Source: Amphiscolops sp. MND2022
Lineage: Eukaryota
NCBI GenBank assembly: GCA_964187785.1
Contig: OZ076409.1
Span: forward strand, 40,302,001-40,366,000
Direction: 5' to 3'
Length of the DNA stretch: 64,000 nt
Shown here piece by piece: positions 47,425-61,808 of the stretch. The translations under genes and the position numbers were made by a program. Numbering within the stretch: the first letter of the stretch is position 1; each line of letters opens with the position of its first letter. Under the pieces are notes generated by a model. The model saw only the letters and a list, made by a program, of their open reading frames with translations, did not search any database and was not told where the DNA came from.

Positions 47425-50400
47425 TTCGGAAATGTGGTTATAGAAGAGAAATTTGTTCGAAACTAAATGAATGATTTGGATCAGTTTTCAAACAGTTATT
47501 CCACAGTGACTTGAGTTTTTAAACAAGACGCCCGCTGAGCAGCGAGATATTTTCCGCCCGAACTGTTCTACAACTACATAAATTTGAGGCTCAAGGATAA
47601 CTAATGCACTATAAAGACGCTAAGAAGTTAGAAGAAAAGGAAGCTTCGATTTATCCTTGCCCAGTTGTGAAGGAAACACCTTTATTTTAGTATTTCTGCG
47701 ATAGCTGGCCAGTTTTCGTAATTTCGACACAATGCGACTTACCGAGTGAAATTTTTCATTTTTTTTCGAAAGCAATTTTCGAAAAATATTTTTTTGCAAT
47801 TTTTAGTTTATGAGGTTTTCTGTGAAAGAAATAAGTTTCCCGAGTCTTACGGGTGACCTTTCCGTTACTTTTAACCATGTGGAACTGATGAAGTCTCTTA
47901 CTGACTTACCGTGCCTCTTCCCGAAATTTTCATTTGGTCAAAGCGTACCTCCTTGATTTCATAGCTGATTTCGGCATCAAAAAGGTAGTTTGTGAGCTGA
48001 AACTTTTTCCGCCTTCATAGGATTTTACCGAAAAAAATCAAAAACATGGCGTTCTGAAAATCATGTTGGGAAAAAAGTGGTTTCCAATCTCTGGAGTATT
48101 TATTGGGATTAATTTTGGTACTGAGAAAAAGGTTTAGGCTTGAAACTAGGTCATTTGCAAGTTTAGGGACTTTGAGCGGTCCCTGGTTGGTATATTTTTG
48201 CACATAGTTCCATCAAAGGTGTCAAAAATTGGAAATTTTTCTGACAACTTTGGGATCAATTTGAGGAACTTTTCTAACATGAATCTACAGATGTCTTTCC
48301 ACAAATAGGCCTCCTGGACACCGAGTTTAGTTGTTGTTTATTGCCCACACCATTCTAACCCACGACATAGCTGGAAACGTTTTCCTTTGGAAGGCGTTCT
48401 CCATAGCTATTGTTTTTGCTTGAAATTTATTGAAAATTCAATACTTGACAATCAAGGTCGAAGTGTACGTTTTCAAGTAAAGTTTTTGAAAATTGAGCAA
48501 AAACACTTGTCTGAGATCTTTTTGAAACACTACCGGTAGCTAAACGTTTCAATCCTGAGCCCATGGGTTTTCTGATTGATGTGAGATTTCGGAAATGGTC
48601 CAGAATTGGGACTATGTTGTCGAAAATTGAGGAAAATCTGAACTTTTGACACCTTTGTTCTAAAGTCGACTAACTTCATCCTACGTTTCCCCCAAATTGC
48701 GTTGTGAATACCCTTTTGTTTCAACGCTCGGGTCAATGGAAGTTCTATTCTACAAAAATGTTCTTGGTTGGACAAAAATCAAGAATAATTTGTCAAAAAA
48801 CGTGCGTTTTTGTTGTTGAATCGATTTTGGGGTGCTTTGAGACCAATTCCAACCAAAAATTGCAAATATATCTTTAAAATAGCCTACTGGGTACCAGGAT
48901 TAACCCTTGTTGACATTGTTGAAACCTTAAAATTTTTTTATGCCACTCAATAATTGTATAAAAACTGCCTAAAATGTAAAACAATTCGAAAATTTTATTT
49001 TTGCATTTTTTGGGTCTTCCTGAGGAAATTCTCTGGCACAAAAGATGTAAATTTCTCTTTAAAAACGTGCTGTGGATCTAGTTTAATCATTTAGAGCTAT
49101 TCGGAGCTTTCATCTTGCAATTTTCCAATCTCAACAAAATTCACTGAAACTGTCAGAAATCAGCAAAACTCTGACTTTTTCGACTTTTTGCGGTCAGGTT
49201 TGAGCCATTTTTGAACCAAAGTCTGCAAATAATTCTCTAAAGGCCGACTGAAATAAGCGTTCAATCCTTGTTGAATCTTTGTTATCGTTCTGAATCCAAA
49301 ACGCTTCAAAATGTAGACATGGGTTGCTTAAAAACGAGGATGTTGAAAGCAAAAAAATGTTGGTGTTTTTGAAGCAAAACGCTGCAACGTTCTCTTCAAA
49401 AAACGTATTGCATATCTCGTTCTTTCGTTGTTGAGCCTTATGGAACTAATAACGAAGACTTTCAGGAATTGTACGGGCATTTCATTAAAAACGACAATCG
49501 TCGAATTTTTCGACTACTTCAAGGTCAATTTCAAGCACTTTTGAATTAGAAATTGTTCTTATCTGTTGTCGAAAGCTTACAGAGGCAGCAACTTTCTCAT
49601 TGTTTAGGGGTTTTAACATTCTAGTTCACAAAGTCTATCGATAGTTTGGCAATAATTGAAGAAATATGATGAAAACAGAAAATTTTGAAATTTTTCCTTT
49701 TTCGATGTCAATTCCAGACATTTTTCATTTGAAAAGCTGCATTTATTGTTCCACTAAGCATACGGGACATTTGTTCCTTGTTGACCCTTTCCAATCTCCG
49801 GAGTTTGTTGAAAATTTTTAAGAAAAACTGCATAAAACATTGAAATTCGAAAAATTTTGGGATTTTCGTCAATTTCGGTGAAAGTTGAGACTTTTTCATT
49901 CAAAAAACTGAAACTATCTCATCCTTAAAGACTACCGGACAACAAACTGCTACCTTGGTGAACGTTTTCATTATTCCAATCTACGGAGTTTGTCGAAATC
50001 GTGACAGAAATTGCATAAAAACAATGAAAATAAGAAAATTTTGGGTTTTTGGTCGTTTTTGGTGCCAACTTGAGATTTTCTTCATCTAAAAAACTGCATT
50101 AAATTCTTCGCAAAAACTTTTTGGACCAATACTGTTCCTTGCTTACGCTTCGCAACATTCTGATCTACGAAGTCTGTCGAAAATGTGACAAAAATTGCAT
50201 TAAAAATTCGAAAAATAGAAAGTTTGGGTTTTTTGTCACTTTCGGTTTCAGTTTGGGACCTTTTTCAATTAGAAAATAGAAATAATCTTTTCGGGAAAGC
50301 CTATTGGACAGCTAATACGGGCCACTTTGACCGTTTTCAACATTCTAATCAACGAAGTCCTACTAAAATTCGACAAAAATTGAATAAAATCGTTAAAAAT

Positions 50401-50701
50401 CGGAAATTTTTGGAATTTTGGTCATTTAATGGGTCAATTTTCTCTGACAAAACCGCATTTATCTCTTGCTAGAAAACTATTGGACATCGTGCAACGTTTG
50501 CAACATTCTAATTTGCGATGTTTATCAAAAAATTGAAAAAACGCATGAAAACGGTAAAAATTGAGAAATTTTGGAGTTTTTGTTTTTTTTTCGCGGCCAG
50601 TTTGAGATACACTATGGTATCAAAAAGCTACGTACACCAACATTTTTTTAAAAAAACTCAGAACAGTAAAATTTGAAACAACTGTTGAAACAAATAATAA
50701 A

Positions 50702-52204
50702 TCAATATCCCGTCAAACTACCATGGTTTTTGATTACCTTCACCAGACGATTCTCATACGATGAGTACAAGTTGCGAACAACATCAGGGTTTATGTTGTT
50801 CCACACTTCCATAACCTTTTCTTCTAAATTCTCCCAGGTAACAATCTGACCTCGCAAGCTTTTTTTAAAAATGGCCCAAATATTTTCAATAGGATTCAGG
50901 TCAGGACTGTAAGCTGGCCAATCCAGCACCTCCCATTGCTCTTGGGCCAGAAAATTGCGAACAACTTCACTTTTGTGTACTGGGGCGTTGTCTTGCTGGA
51001 ACACCAAATCCGGTATATTCAAATGTCGATCGGATTGCTTTAAAATCTCCAAATATCCGTAACTGTTGAGTGTTGCGGGACATTTAATTAGCAGTTTTCT
51101 ACCATCTGATCTGATGGCCCCCCAAAACATCATAGATCTTTTGTCTGTGCGTATTCCCTGTGTGTTTTTCGGGCAAAAGCGACGACCAGTTTTCCTGAAC
51201 ACCCGCACAACGCCATCACTATTCAAGCGCACACGGGTTTCGTCTGAGAATACGACGTTTTCCCAGAAGCCTAGTTTCCATCCAGCCGAATTTCAGAACA
51301 AAAATGCAAAAGTTCGAGTGAAACAAAAACAACCTTCTTCAAGCTTACAATAACACCCAAATCTGGCCAGCGAATATGCATCTAAGGTAGTGCAGAAGGT
51401 CCCCCCTCTCATTTTCTCTTTTTTAACGCAACATACGAAACCGAACGAGACTAAAGGGTCCCCTTTCAAACTTTATGATATTTTGGTGTTTTGAGGTTTT
51501 TTGTCTTTTCATAAAAGTTCTGAGCAGAGTTTCTACACTTTGCGCTTTTTGAGCCTTAGGTTTAGCGCCGACTTTAGATGTTCTCGTCTTGTATCATTGA
51601 CAGCACCATCAAAAGCGCTATTAGTTCACTCTACCAAAGTGATTGATTTGATAAAATATTTTATTTCGTTTTGGTTTTTTCGGCATTTTGAGATTTTTCT
51701 CAAATATTTTTTCTTTCAAAAAATTCCATAACTTTTTCCCATTTTCGGTGAAAATTGACGCTGGATAAAAACCAAGGGGCTTTTTCAACATTCTCGAGCA
51801 CCAGCGTTTTCTGACCAGCCTTTGTTTTTTGTTCAAGTTAAACTTTTTTGCGGCTTTTCTAGAAACAATTCCGTACTTCTTCAGGATTCTTCGAATAGTG
51901 CATTTAGAAACTGTCTTTGACGTTGAAAAAGAGTTTTGCAGTACTCTTTCTCGTTCTAATGTTGTTTTTGGGTCTTTTTCCACTCTTCGAACTATTAGTC
52001 TTTGCTCTTTTTCGCTGAGCTTTTCTGGCCCGCCTGGAGGTTTTTTCGCCACATAAGAGTTCGTTCTCAAAAACTCTGATAAGCTGTTTGAGCTGTCGAT
52101 CGAGATTTAAGACCCAACTTTTCTTTAATTTCTTTGTATGATAAACCCATTTCGCGAAGTGTAACGATTTTGCAAACAACGTATGAATCCAAAGGTTTGA
52201 CCAT
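50702..52204 (-). pseudogene. Tc1 transposase, disrupted by a frameshift (~52070) and a ~500-bp insertion
   Basis: MVKPLDSY HTH start; VVFSDETR, FQQDNAPVH, WPAYSPDLNPIENIW with 34 residues between D and E. Confidence 0.9.
51274..51772. mobile_element. Small TIR element inserted in the Tc1 transposase (itself containing a HINE-like end)
   Basis: Splits KKP|LGFWENVV; imperfect TIR GTTT(CC/TT)ATCCAGC; flanks CTA/CAA; GCGCCGACTT..CTTGT at ~51565-51592. Confidence 0.55.
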
Positions 52205-53758
52205 TTTCAACAATGTTTAATTCAAGAGTGATTGATTTCACTTCCGGTTGAGAATGAAAATGAAAAGTTCTTCACAAACTGACTGAGATTTAATTTTCAG
52301 CTGTACGTAGCTTTTTGCTACCATAGTGTATTTTTCATTAAGAAAACTGCAATAAATTCTTTAGAAAAGCCTACTGGACTAATAAATTTTCCTTGCTGAC
52401 GCTTCTCAACATTCTAATCTACGAAGTCTGTCGAAAGTTTGACAAAAATGCATTTAAAAATTTGAAAAATGGAAAGTTTTGGGTTTTTTTGTTATTTTCG
52501 GTATCAATATGAGACCTTTTTCATTTGGAAAAAAGCAATTATCTTTTCTGAAAAGCCTACCAGACAGCAAATGCGTGCCATGTTGAGTGTTCTCATTATT
52601 TTAATTAACGAAGTATGTCGAAAATTTGACAAAAATTGCTCAAAATTGTTAAAAATCAGAAAATTTTGGAATTTTTGTCATTTTTGGGGTCAATTTTCTG
52701 AAACAAAATCGCATTTATCTCTTCATAGAAGACTATTGGAGAACGAATTCGTGCCCTGTTGAACGTTTTTAACATTCTAATTCGCGGTGTCTTTCAAAAA
52801 AATGACAAAAATTGCATAAAAACGTTAAAAAATTGAGAAATTTGGGAATTTTTGTCATTTTCGGGGTCATTTCGTCATTAAGGGGTCATTTTCGTCATTT
52901 TAAAAAAACTCCAAAAATCTCTACAAATACATATCGCACGAAGCTAAATTTATGTGAGTTGAATTCTATGGGTAACACCCTTAAAGTTAAACATAAATAA
53001 ATTCTTGGCAAATTTTGTAAAAAAAACCCGTTTGATTTAAATATTTTCCTTTCCCATATATGAGATATGGGCGGAAAATAATAAGTAATTTCAATATTTG
53101 ACCTATTCAAACAACTGTGAGATCAATCGCCAACAGATTGCCAGATACGAGCCAGTAAAGTTTTACGAAGTGCGGGCGCAAACGGAGAAGACTTGATGTC
53201 CGGTACACCCCTTAATGAACTGCATCTGAAATACGCTTTTGAAAGCGATATGTTCTGAAACCGTGCCTAGTTAGGCCGAACCTCTCGGATTCTTATTGCT
53301 GTTATTGACAACAATTGACATTTGCATCTAATTATTGAAAAGGCACTAAAGGAAGTGACTCCGCTGCACCGTTGTCTCGTCAATCACTTCAAAAAACCCT
53401 GTTTTGATAAACTAACGTTTTTTTTGCTAAAAAAGAACGCAAAATTTTTGTTTCCACTTGATATTCTGTCCGAACTCTGGTCACTACTTAAGGTGTAGCT
53501 GCAGTGGAAGCCAGAACCCTATCAAAAGGTGATGACTAATATTCTTTTTGCAGATCTGATTCAGTCCTTATTAGAAACAAAAATTGTTTGGATTTGACCA
53601 GAAAAATGAAACAAACACTAACGAAGCAACTTATGTTACATAAAGTTGTCCAATAGGTTATATCCTGGTTAATGTAGCTGTTGGTTGAGGTGCAAGTCCC
53701 AGCTTAGAAATAGAGATTGTGTGAAAGTTTTGTAAGATTGACTGTGCTTTTTCTTCAG

Positions 53759-54079
53759 CTCCAATGGATTTGGGAGGCACGATCACAATCGACACTTCGA
53801 ACACAAACGACGAAACTTCAGTAAAGTTTGATGGGTTGATAGTTTCTGCCGGAAGAGCAAACGTTCAAGTCGAAGCTACATCTACAACGAGCGGTTGTAC
53901 TAATAAAGACACTGATGTTGACACAGCTGTAAGTTTATCCAACACGGCTTCTTCTATCACAGTGACTGGTTTGACGTCCGGTTGTCCTTACTCCTTCACT
54001 TTGAAAGCAGCTTGCAAGGAATCAGATGGCACCTCAGTTGTAGTGTCGAGTGCTGCACATAATGAGGAACATTGCACAA
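53759..54079 (+). CDS. FN3-like repeat exon, copy 1
   Basis: TTCAG acceptor, GTTAGT donor, 321 nt phase 1-1, ITVTGLTSGCPYSFTLKA. Confidence 0.85.
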
Positions 54080-55098
54080 GTTAGTTGATTTATATGGAAT
54101 GGATTTTTGATAGTGCTCTTGAACTAACAATAGAAAAGACTCTTTAGTGAAGATCGTTGGCTGGATTGTAAGGTGTCTGCCATTTTGAGAGCAATAAGTG
54201 TAGGTTTATATCTGAATCCAAAAAGTTTCAAAAAGTTCTGGTGAAAAAAGTAGTGTTTTGGAAAAACCTACTTTTATACAACTTGGAAACAAATGATTTG
54301 TTCAGACTTATTCGACGTTACTGAACCAGTTGTGAATGGTTCTCTTGTAAGAAAGGAAGTATGGAAAAATGTAACCTCAGTAATAAGACCTTGGTTCAGT
54401 TTTTGGCGAGAGTTTTATGACGGAAAATATAATTGTTACAAAATTTTAAGTGCAGTCAAGGTTTGTTTTTGGTCCATTCAAACATGAAGTAGCGATTTAA
54501 ACCTTAGATCTTAGACTCTTACAACTGCCAATTTTTCTTTCTTTTTAAATCACATTTTGACATGAAACTGTATAAACAGACAACGGACACTACCGACTTG
54601 TGAATCACATCAAAAAACACAGTTTTGAAAAAGAATCTTTTTTGTTTGCCAGGTTGAGACACAAAGAACGCAAGATATCCATTTCCACATAGTAACTTGT
54701 CCAAACTTTGGTCACTACTTGAGTTGTATCTGCTGCATTAGAAGCCAAAGCCCTAGTTATTTTTTCAATGTTGTTACGTAACGTACTAACTGATGAAACG
54801 TCGAAAGTAGAATGGAGTTCAAATTGGAACACCTAACCAATGCCTAATCAAAACGTGATAGTATATTCTCCTTTTGCAGATCTGATTCACTATTTATTAG
54901 GAACATGAAACTGTTCGAAGTTGACCCGAAAAGTGCGAGAAACACCAACGAAGCAGCTTATGTTACATGAAATCGTCAAATAGGTTGTCTAATGGTTAAT
55001 GTCGCAGTTGGTTGAAGTGCAAGCCCCAGCTAAGAATTGAAGATTGGGTAAGAAGTTTGCATCCTTGGTTTTAAAGAGTGATTGTGTTATTTCTTTAG

Positions 55099-55419
55099 CT
55101 CCAATGGATTTGGGAGGCACGATCACAATCGACACTTCGAATACAAACGACGAAACTTCAGTAAAGTTTGATGGGTTGATAGTTTCTGCCGGAAGAGCAA
55201 ACGTTCAAGTTGCAGCTACATCAACAACGAATGGTTGTACTAATAAAGACACTGATGTTGACACAGCTGTCAGTTTATCCAACACGGCTTCTTCTATCAC
55301 AGTGACCGGTTTGACATCCGGTTGTCCTTACTCCTTCACTTTGAAAGCAGCTTGCGAGGAGTCAGATGGCACCTCAGTTGTAGTGTCGAGTGCTTCGCAT
55401 ATTGAGGAACATTGCACAA
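55099..55419 (+). CDS. FN3-like repeat exon, copy 2
   Basis: TTTAG acceptor, GTTAGT donor, 321 nt, open frame. Confidence 0.85.
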
Positions 55420-56452
55420 GTTAGTTGATTTATATGGAATGGTTTTTTGATAGTGCTCTTGAACTAACAATAGAAAAGACTCTTTAGTGAAGATCGTTGG
55501 TTGGATTGTAAGGTATCTGCCATATCTAGAGCAATAAGTGTAGGTTTATATTTGAATCCAAAAAGTTTCAAAAAGTTCTGGGGAAAAAAGTAGAGTTTTG
55601 GAAAAACCTACTTTTATACAAGTTAGAAATAATTGATTTGTTCACACTTCTTCGACGTTACTAAACCAGTTGTGAATGTTTCTCTTGTAAGAATCATGCA
55701 GAAAGGAAGTATGGAAAATTTTAACCTCAGTAATTTTACCTGGTTCAGTTTTTGGCGAGAGTTTTATGACGGAAAATATAATTGTACAAATTTTTAAGTG
55801 CAGTCAAGGTTTGTTTTTGGTCCATTCCAACATGAAGTAGCGATTTAAACCTTAGACCTTAGACTCTTACAACTGCCAATTTTTCTTTCTTTTTGAATCA
55901 CATTTTGACATGATACTGTATGAACAGACAACGGACACTACCGACTTGTGAATCACATCAAAAAACACAGTTTTGAAAAAGAACCTTTTCTGTTTGCCAG
56001 GTTGAGACACAAAGAAAGCAAAGAACGCAAGATATCCATTTCCACATAGTAACTTGTCCAAACTTTGGTCACTACTTAAGTTGTATCTGCAGTAGAAGCC
56101 AGAACCCTAGTTATTTTTTCAATGTTGTTACGTAACGTACTAACTGATGAAACGTTGACAGAAGAATGGAGTTCAAATTGGAATACCTAACCAATGCCTA
56201 ATCAAAACGTGATAGTATATTCACCTTTTGCAGATCTGATTCGTTATTTATTAGGAACATAAAACTGTTTGGAATTGACCCGAAAAGTGCGAGAAACATC
56301 AACGAAGCAACTCAGGTTACATGAAATTGTCAAATAGGTTGTCTCCTGGTTGATGTCGCTGTAGATTGAGGTGCAAGCCCCAGCTTAGAAATAAAGATTT
56401 TGTAAAAGTTTTGCATCCTTGTTTTTGAAGATTGATTGTGTTTTTTTTCTAG

Positions 56453-56773
56453 CTCCAATGGATTTGGGAGGCACGATCACAATCGACACTTCGAATACAA
56501 ACGACGAAACTTCAGTAAAGTTTGATGGGTTGATAGTTTCTGCCGGAAGAGCGAACGTTCAAGTGGCAGCTACATCTACAACGAGCGGTTGTAATAATAA
56601 AGACACTGATGTTGACACAGCTGTCAGTTTATCCAACACGGCTTCTTCTATCACAGTGACCGATTTGACATCCGGTTGTCCTTACTCCTTCACTTTGAAA
56701 GCAGCTTGCGAGGAGTCAGATGGCACCTCAGTTGTAGTTTCGAGTGCTTCGCATATTGAGGAACATTGCACAA
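56453..56773 (+). CDS. FN3-like repeat exon, copy 3
   Basis: TCTAG acceptor, GTTAGT donor, 321 nt, open frame. Confidence 0.85.
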
Positions 56774-57792
56774 GTTAGTTGATTCATATGGAATGGTTTT
56801 TTGATAGTGCTCTTGAACTAAAAATAGAAAATACTCTTTAGTGAAGATCGTTGGCTGGATTGTAAGGTGTCTGCCATATCTAGAGCAATAAGTGTATGTT
56901 TATATTTGAATCCAAAACGTTTTAAAAAGTTCTGGTGAAAAAGTAGAGTTTTGGAAAAACCTAGTTTTATACAACTTGAAAAGAAATGATTTGTTCACAC
57001 TTATTCGACGTTACTGAACCAGTTGTGACTGGTCCTCTTGTAGGAATCATGCAGAAAGGAAGTTTGAGAAAAATGTAACCTCAGTAGTAATACCTAGGTT
57101 CAGTTTTGGAGAGAGTTTCATGACGGAAAACATAATTGTACAAAACTTTATGTGCAGTCAAGGCTTGTTTTTGGTCCATTCAAACATGAAGTAGCGTTGT
57201 AAACCTTAGATTCTTACAACTGCCAAAATCTCTTTCTTTTTAAATCACATTTTGACATGAAACTGTAGGAACAGACAACGGACACTACCGACTTGTGAAT
57301 GACATCATAAAGCACAGTTTTGAAAAAGAACCTTTTTTGTTTCCAGGTTAAGACACAAAGAACGCCAGATTTCATTTCCACATAGTAACTTGTCCAAACT
57401 CTGTCTGGTCACTACTCAAGTTGTATCTGCAGTGGAAGCCAGAACCCTAGTTATTTTTTCAATGTTGTTACGTAACGTACTAACTGATGAAACAACGACA
57501 GTAGAATGGAGTTCAAATTGGAACACCTAACCAATGCCCAATCAAAACGTGATAGTATATTCTCCTTTTGCAGATCTGATTCGTTATTTATTAGGAACAT
57601 GAAACTGTTCGAAGTTGACCTGAAAAGTGCGAGAAACACCAACGAAGCAGCTTATGTTACATGAAATCGTCAAATAGGTTGTCTAATGGTTAATGTCGCA
57701 GTTGGTTGAAGTGCAAGCCCCAGCTAAGAACTGAAGATTGGGTAAGAAGTTTGCATCCTTGGTTTTAAAGAGTGATTGTGTTATTTCTTTAG

Positions 57793-58113
57793 CTCCAATG
57801 GATTTGGGAGGCACGATCACAATCGACACTTCGAATACAAACGACGAAACTTCAGTAAAGTTTGATGGGTTGATAGTTTCTGCCGGAAGAGCAAACGTTC
57901 AAGTCGCAGCTACGTCTACAACGAGCGGTTGTACTAATAAAGACACTGATGTTGCCACAGCTGTCAGTTTATCCAACACAGCTTCTTCTATCACAGTGAC
58001 CGGTTTGACATCCGGTTGTCCTTACTCCTTCACTTTGAAAGCAGCTTGCGAGGAATCAGATGGCACCTCAGTTGTAGTGTCGAGTGCTGCACATAATGAG
58101 GAACATTGCACAA
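57793..58113 (+). CDS. FN3-like repeat exon, copy 4
   Basis: TTTAG acceptor, GTTAGT donor, 321 nt, open frame. Confidence 0.85.
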
Positions 58114-59129
58114 GTTAGTTGATTTATATGGAATGGAATTTTGATAGTGCTCTTGAACTAACAATAGAAAAGACTCTTTAGTGAAGATCATTGGCTGGAT
58201 TGTAAGGTGTCTGCCATTTCTAGAGCAATAAGTGTAGGTTTATATCTGAATCCAAAAAGTTTCAAAAAGTTCTGACGAAAAAAGTAGTGTTTTGGAAAAA
58301 CCTACTTTTATACAACTTGGAAACAAATGATTTGTTCAGACTTATTCGACGTTACTGAACCAGTTGTGAATGGTTCTCTTGTAAGAATCATGCAGAAAGG
58401 AAGTATGGAAAAATGTAACCTCAGTAATAAGACCTTGGTTCAGTTTTTGGCGAGAGTTTTATGACAGAAAACATAATTGTACAAAATTTTATGTGCAGTC
58501 AAGGATTGTTTTTTGTCCATTCAAACATGAAGTAGCGTTGTAAACCTTAGATTCTTACAACTGCCAAAGTCTCTTTCTTTTTAAATCACATTTTGACATG
58601 AAACTGTAGGAACAGACAACGGACACTACCGACTTGTGAATGACATCATAAAGCACAGTTTTGAAAAAGAACCTTTTTTGTTTCCAGGTTAAGACACAAA
58701 GAACGCCAGATTTCATTTCCACATAGTAACTTGTCCAAACTCTGGTCACTACTCAAGTTGTATCTGCAGTGGAAGCCAGAACCCTAATTATTTTTTCAAT
58801 GTTGTTACGTAACGTACTAACTGATGAAACAACGACAGTAGAATGGAGTTCAAATTGGAACACCTAACCAATGCCCAATCAAAACGTGATAGTATATTCT
58901 CCTTTTGCAGATCTGATTCGTTACTTATTAGGAACATGAAACTGTTCGAAGTTGACCCGAAAAGTGCGAGAAACACCAACGAAGCAGCTTATGTTACATG
59001 AAATTGTCAAATAGGTTGTCTAATGGTTAATGTCGCAGTTGGTTGAAGTGCAAGCCCCAGCTAAGAACTGAAGATTGGGTAAGAAGTTTGCATCTTTGGT
59101 TTTAAAGAGTGATTGTGTTATTTCTTTAG

Positions 59130-59450
59130 CTCCAATGGATTTGGGAGGCACGATCACAATCGACACTTCGAATACAAACGACGAAACTTCAGTAAAGTTT
59201 GATGGGTTGATAGTTTCTGCCGGAAGAGCAAACGTTCAAGTTGCAGCTACATCAACAACGAATGGTTGTACTAATAAAGACACTGATGTTGACACAGCTG
59301 TCAGTTTATCCAACACGGCTTCTTCTATCACAGTGACCGGTTTGACATCCGGTTGTCCTTACTCCTTCACTTTGAAAGCAGCTTGCGAGGAGTCAGATGG
59401 CACCTCAGTTGTAGTGTCGAGTGCTTCGCATATTGAGGAACATTGCACAA
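59130..59450 (+). CDS. FN3-like repeat exon, copy 5
   Basis: TTTAG acceptor, GTTAGT donor, 321 nt, protein identical to copy 2. Confidence 0.85.
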
Positions 59451-60468
59451 GTTAGTTGATTTATATGGAATGGTTTTTTGATAGTGCACTTGAACTAACA
59501 ATAGAAAAGACTCTTTACTGAAGATAGTTGGTTAGATTGTAAGGTGTCTGCCATATCTAGAGCAATAAGTGTAGGTTTAAATTTGAATCCAAAAAGTTTC
59601 AAAAAGTTCTGGTGAAAAAAGTAGTGTTTTGTAAAAACCTAGTTTTATACAACTTGGAAATAAATGACTTGTTCAGACTTATTCGACGTTACTGAACCAG
59701 TTGTGAATGGTTCTCTTGTAAAAATCATGCAGAAAGGAAGTATGAAAAAATGTAACCTCAGTAGTAATACCTAGGTTCAGTTTTTGGCGAGAGTTTTATG
59801 ACGGAAATCATAATTGTACAAAAATTTATGTGCAGTCAAGGCTTGTTTTTGGTCCATTCAAACATGAAGTAGCGTTGTAAACCTTAGATTCTTACAACTG
59901 CCAAGTCTCTTTCTTTTTAAATCACATTTTGACATGAAACTGTAGGAACAGACAACGGACACAACCGACTTGTGAATGACATCATGAAGCACAGTTTTGA
60001 AAAAGAACTTTTTTTGTTTGCCAGGTTAAGACACAAAGAACGCAAGATATTCATTTCCACATAGTAACATGTCCAAACTTTGGTCACTACTCAAGTTGCA
60101 TCTGCAGTGGAAGCCAGAACCCTGGCTATTTTTTTAAAGGTTGTTACGTAACGTACTAACTGATGAAACAACGACAGTAGAATGGAGTTCAAATTGGAAC
60201 ACCTAACCAATGCCCAACCAAAACGTGATAGTATATTCTCCTTTTGCAGATCTGATTCGTTACGTATTAGGAACATGAAACTGTTCGAAGTTGACCTGAG
60301 AAGTGCGAGAAACACCAACGAAGCAGCTTATGTTACATGAAATCGTCAAATAGGTTGTCTAATGGTTAATGTCGCAGTTGGTTGAAGTGCAAGCCCCAGC
60401 TAAGAACTGAAGATTGGGTAAGAAGTTTGCATCCTTGGTTTTAAAGAGTGATTGTGTTATTTCTTTAG

Positions 60469-60789
60469 CTCCAATGGATTTGGGAGGCACGATCACAATC
60501 GACACTTCGAATACAAACGACGAAACTTCAGTAAAGTTTGATGGGTTGATAGTTTCTGCCGGAAGAGCAAACGTTCAAGTCGCAGCTACGTCTACAACGA
60601 GCGGTTGTACTAATAAAGACACTGATGTTGACACAGCTGTCAGTTTATCCAACACAGCTTCTTCTATCACAGTGACCGGTTTGACATCCGGTTGTCCTTA
60701 CTCCTTCACTTTGAAAGCAGCTTGCGAGGAATCAGATGGCACCTCAGTTGTAGTGTCGAGTGCTGCACATAATGAGGAACATTGCACAA
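60469..60789 (+). CDS. FN3-like repeat exon, copy 6
   Basis: TTTAG acceptor, GTTAGT donor, 321 nt, open frame. Confidence 0.85.
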
Positions 60790-61808
60790 GTTAGTTGATT
60801 TATATGGAATGGATTTTTGATAGTGCTCTTGAACTAACAATAGAAAAGACTCTTTAGTGAAGATCATTGGCTGGATTGTAAGGTGTCTGCCATTTCTAGA
60901 GCAATAAGTGTAGGTTTATATCTGAATCCAAAAAGTTTCAAAAAGTTCTGGTGAAAAAAGTAGTGTTTTGGAAAAACCTACTTTTATACAACTTGGAAAC
61001 AAATGATTTGTTCAGACTTATTCGACGTTACTGAACCAGTTGTGAATGGTTCTCTTGTAAGAATTATGCAGAAAGGAAGTATGGAAAAATGTAACCTCAG
61101 TAATAAGACCTTGGTTCAGTTTTTGGCGAGAGTTTTATGACAGAAAACATAATTGTACAAAATTTTATGTGCAGTCAAGGATTGTTTTTTGTCCATTCAA
61201 ACATGAAGTAGCGTTGTAAACCTTAGATTCTTACAACTGCCAAAGTCTCTTTCTTTTTAAATCACATTTTGACATGAAACTGTAGGAACAGACAACGGAC
61301 ACTACCGACTTGTGAATGACATCATAAAGCACAGTTTTGAAAAAGAACCTTTTTTGTTTCCAAGTTAAGACACAAAGAACGCCAGATTTCATTTCCACAT
61401 AGTAACTTGTCCAAACTCTGTCTGGTCACTACTCAAGTTGTATCTGCAGTGGAAGCCAGAACCCTAGTTATTTTTTCAATGTTGTTACGTAACGTACTAA
61501 CTGATGAAACAACGACAGTAGAATGGAGTTGAAATTGCTACACCTAACTAATGCCCAATCAAACGTGATGGTATATTCTCTTTTTGCAGATCTGATTCGT
61601 TATTTATTAGGAACAAAAAACTGTTTGGAGTTGACCTGAAAAGTGCGAGAAACACCAACGAAGCAGCTTAGGTTACATGAAATTGTCGAATAGGTTGTCT
61701 CCTGGTTAATGTCGCTGTTGATTGAGGTGCAAGCACCAGCTTAGAAATAAAGATTGTGTAAAAGTTTTGCTTCCTTGTTTTTGAAGATTGATTGTGTTAT
61801 TTCTTTAG

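Larger units (their letters stand above)
50610..52328 (-). mobile_element. Tc1/mariner DNA transposon (Tc1, DD34E)
   Basis: 27-bp TIR CACTATGGTA(T/G)CAAAAAGCTACGTACA, TA TSDs at 50608-9 and 52329-30. Confidence 0.93.
49600..52870. repeat. Degenerate ~180-bp tandem satellite interrupted by a Tc1 element
   Basis: AACATTCTAATCTACGAAGTCTGTCGAAA-like anchor recurs near 49615, 49790, 49975, 50155, 50340, 50503, 52408, 52600, 52771. Confidence 0.7.

Noticed and set aside
52878..52984. Kolobok/piggyBac mini-element between TTAA sites
   Set aside because: Ends are not convincingly inverted repeats; left side is a local duplication.
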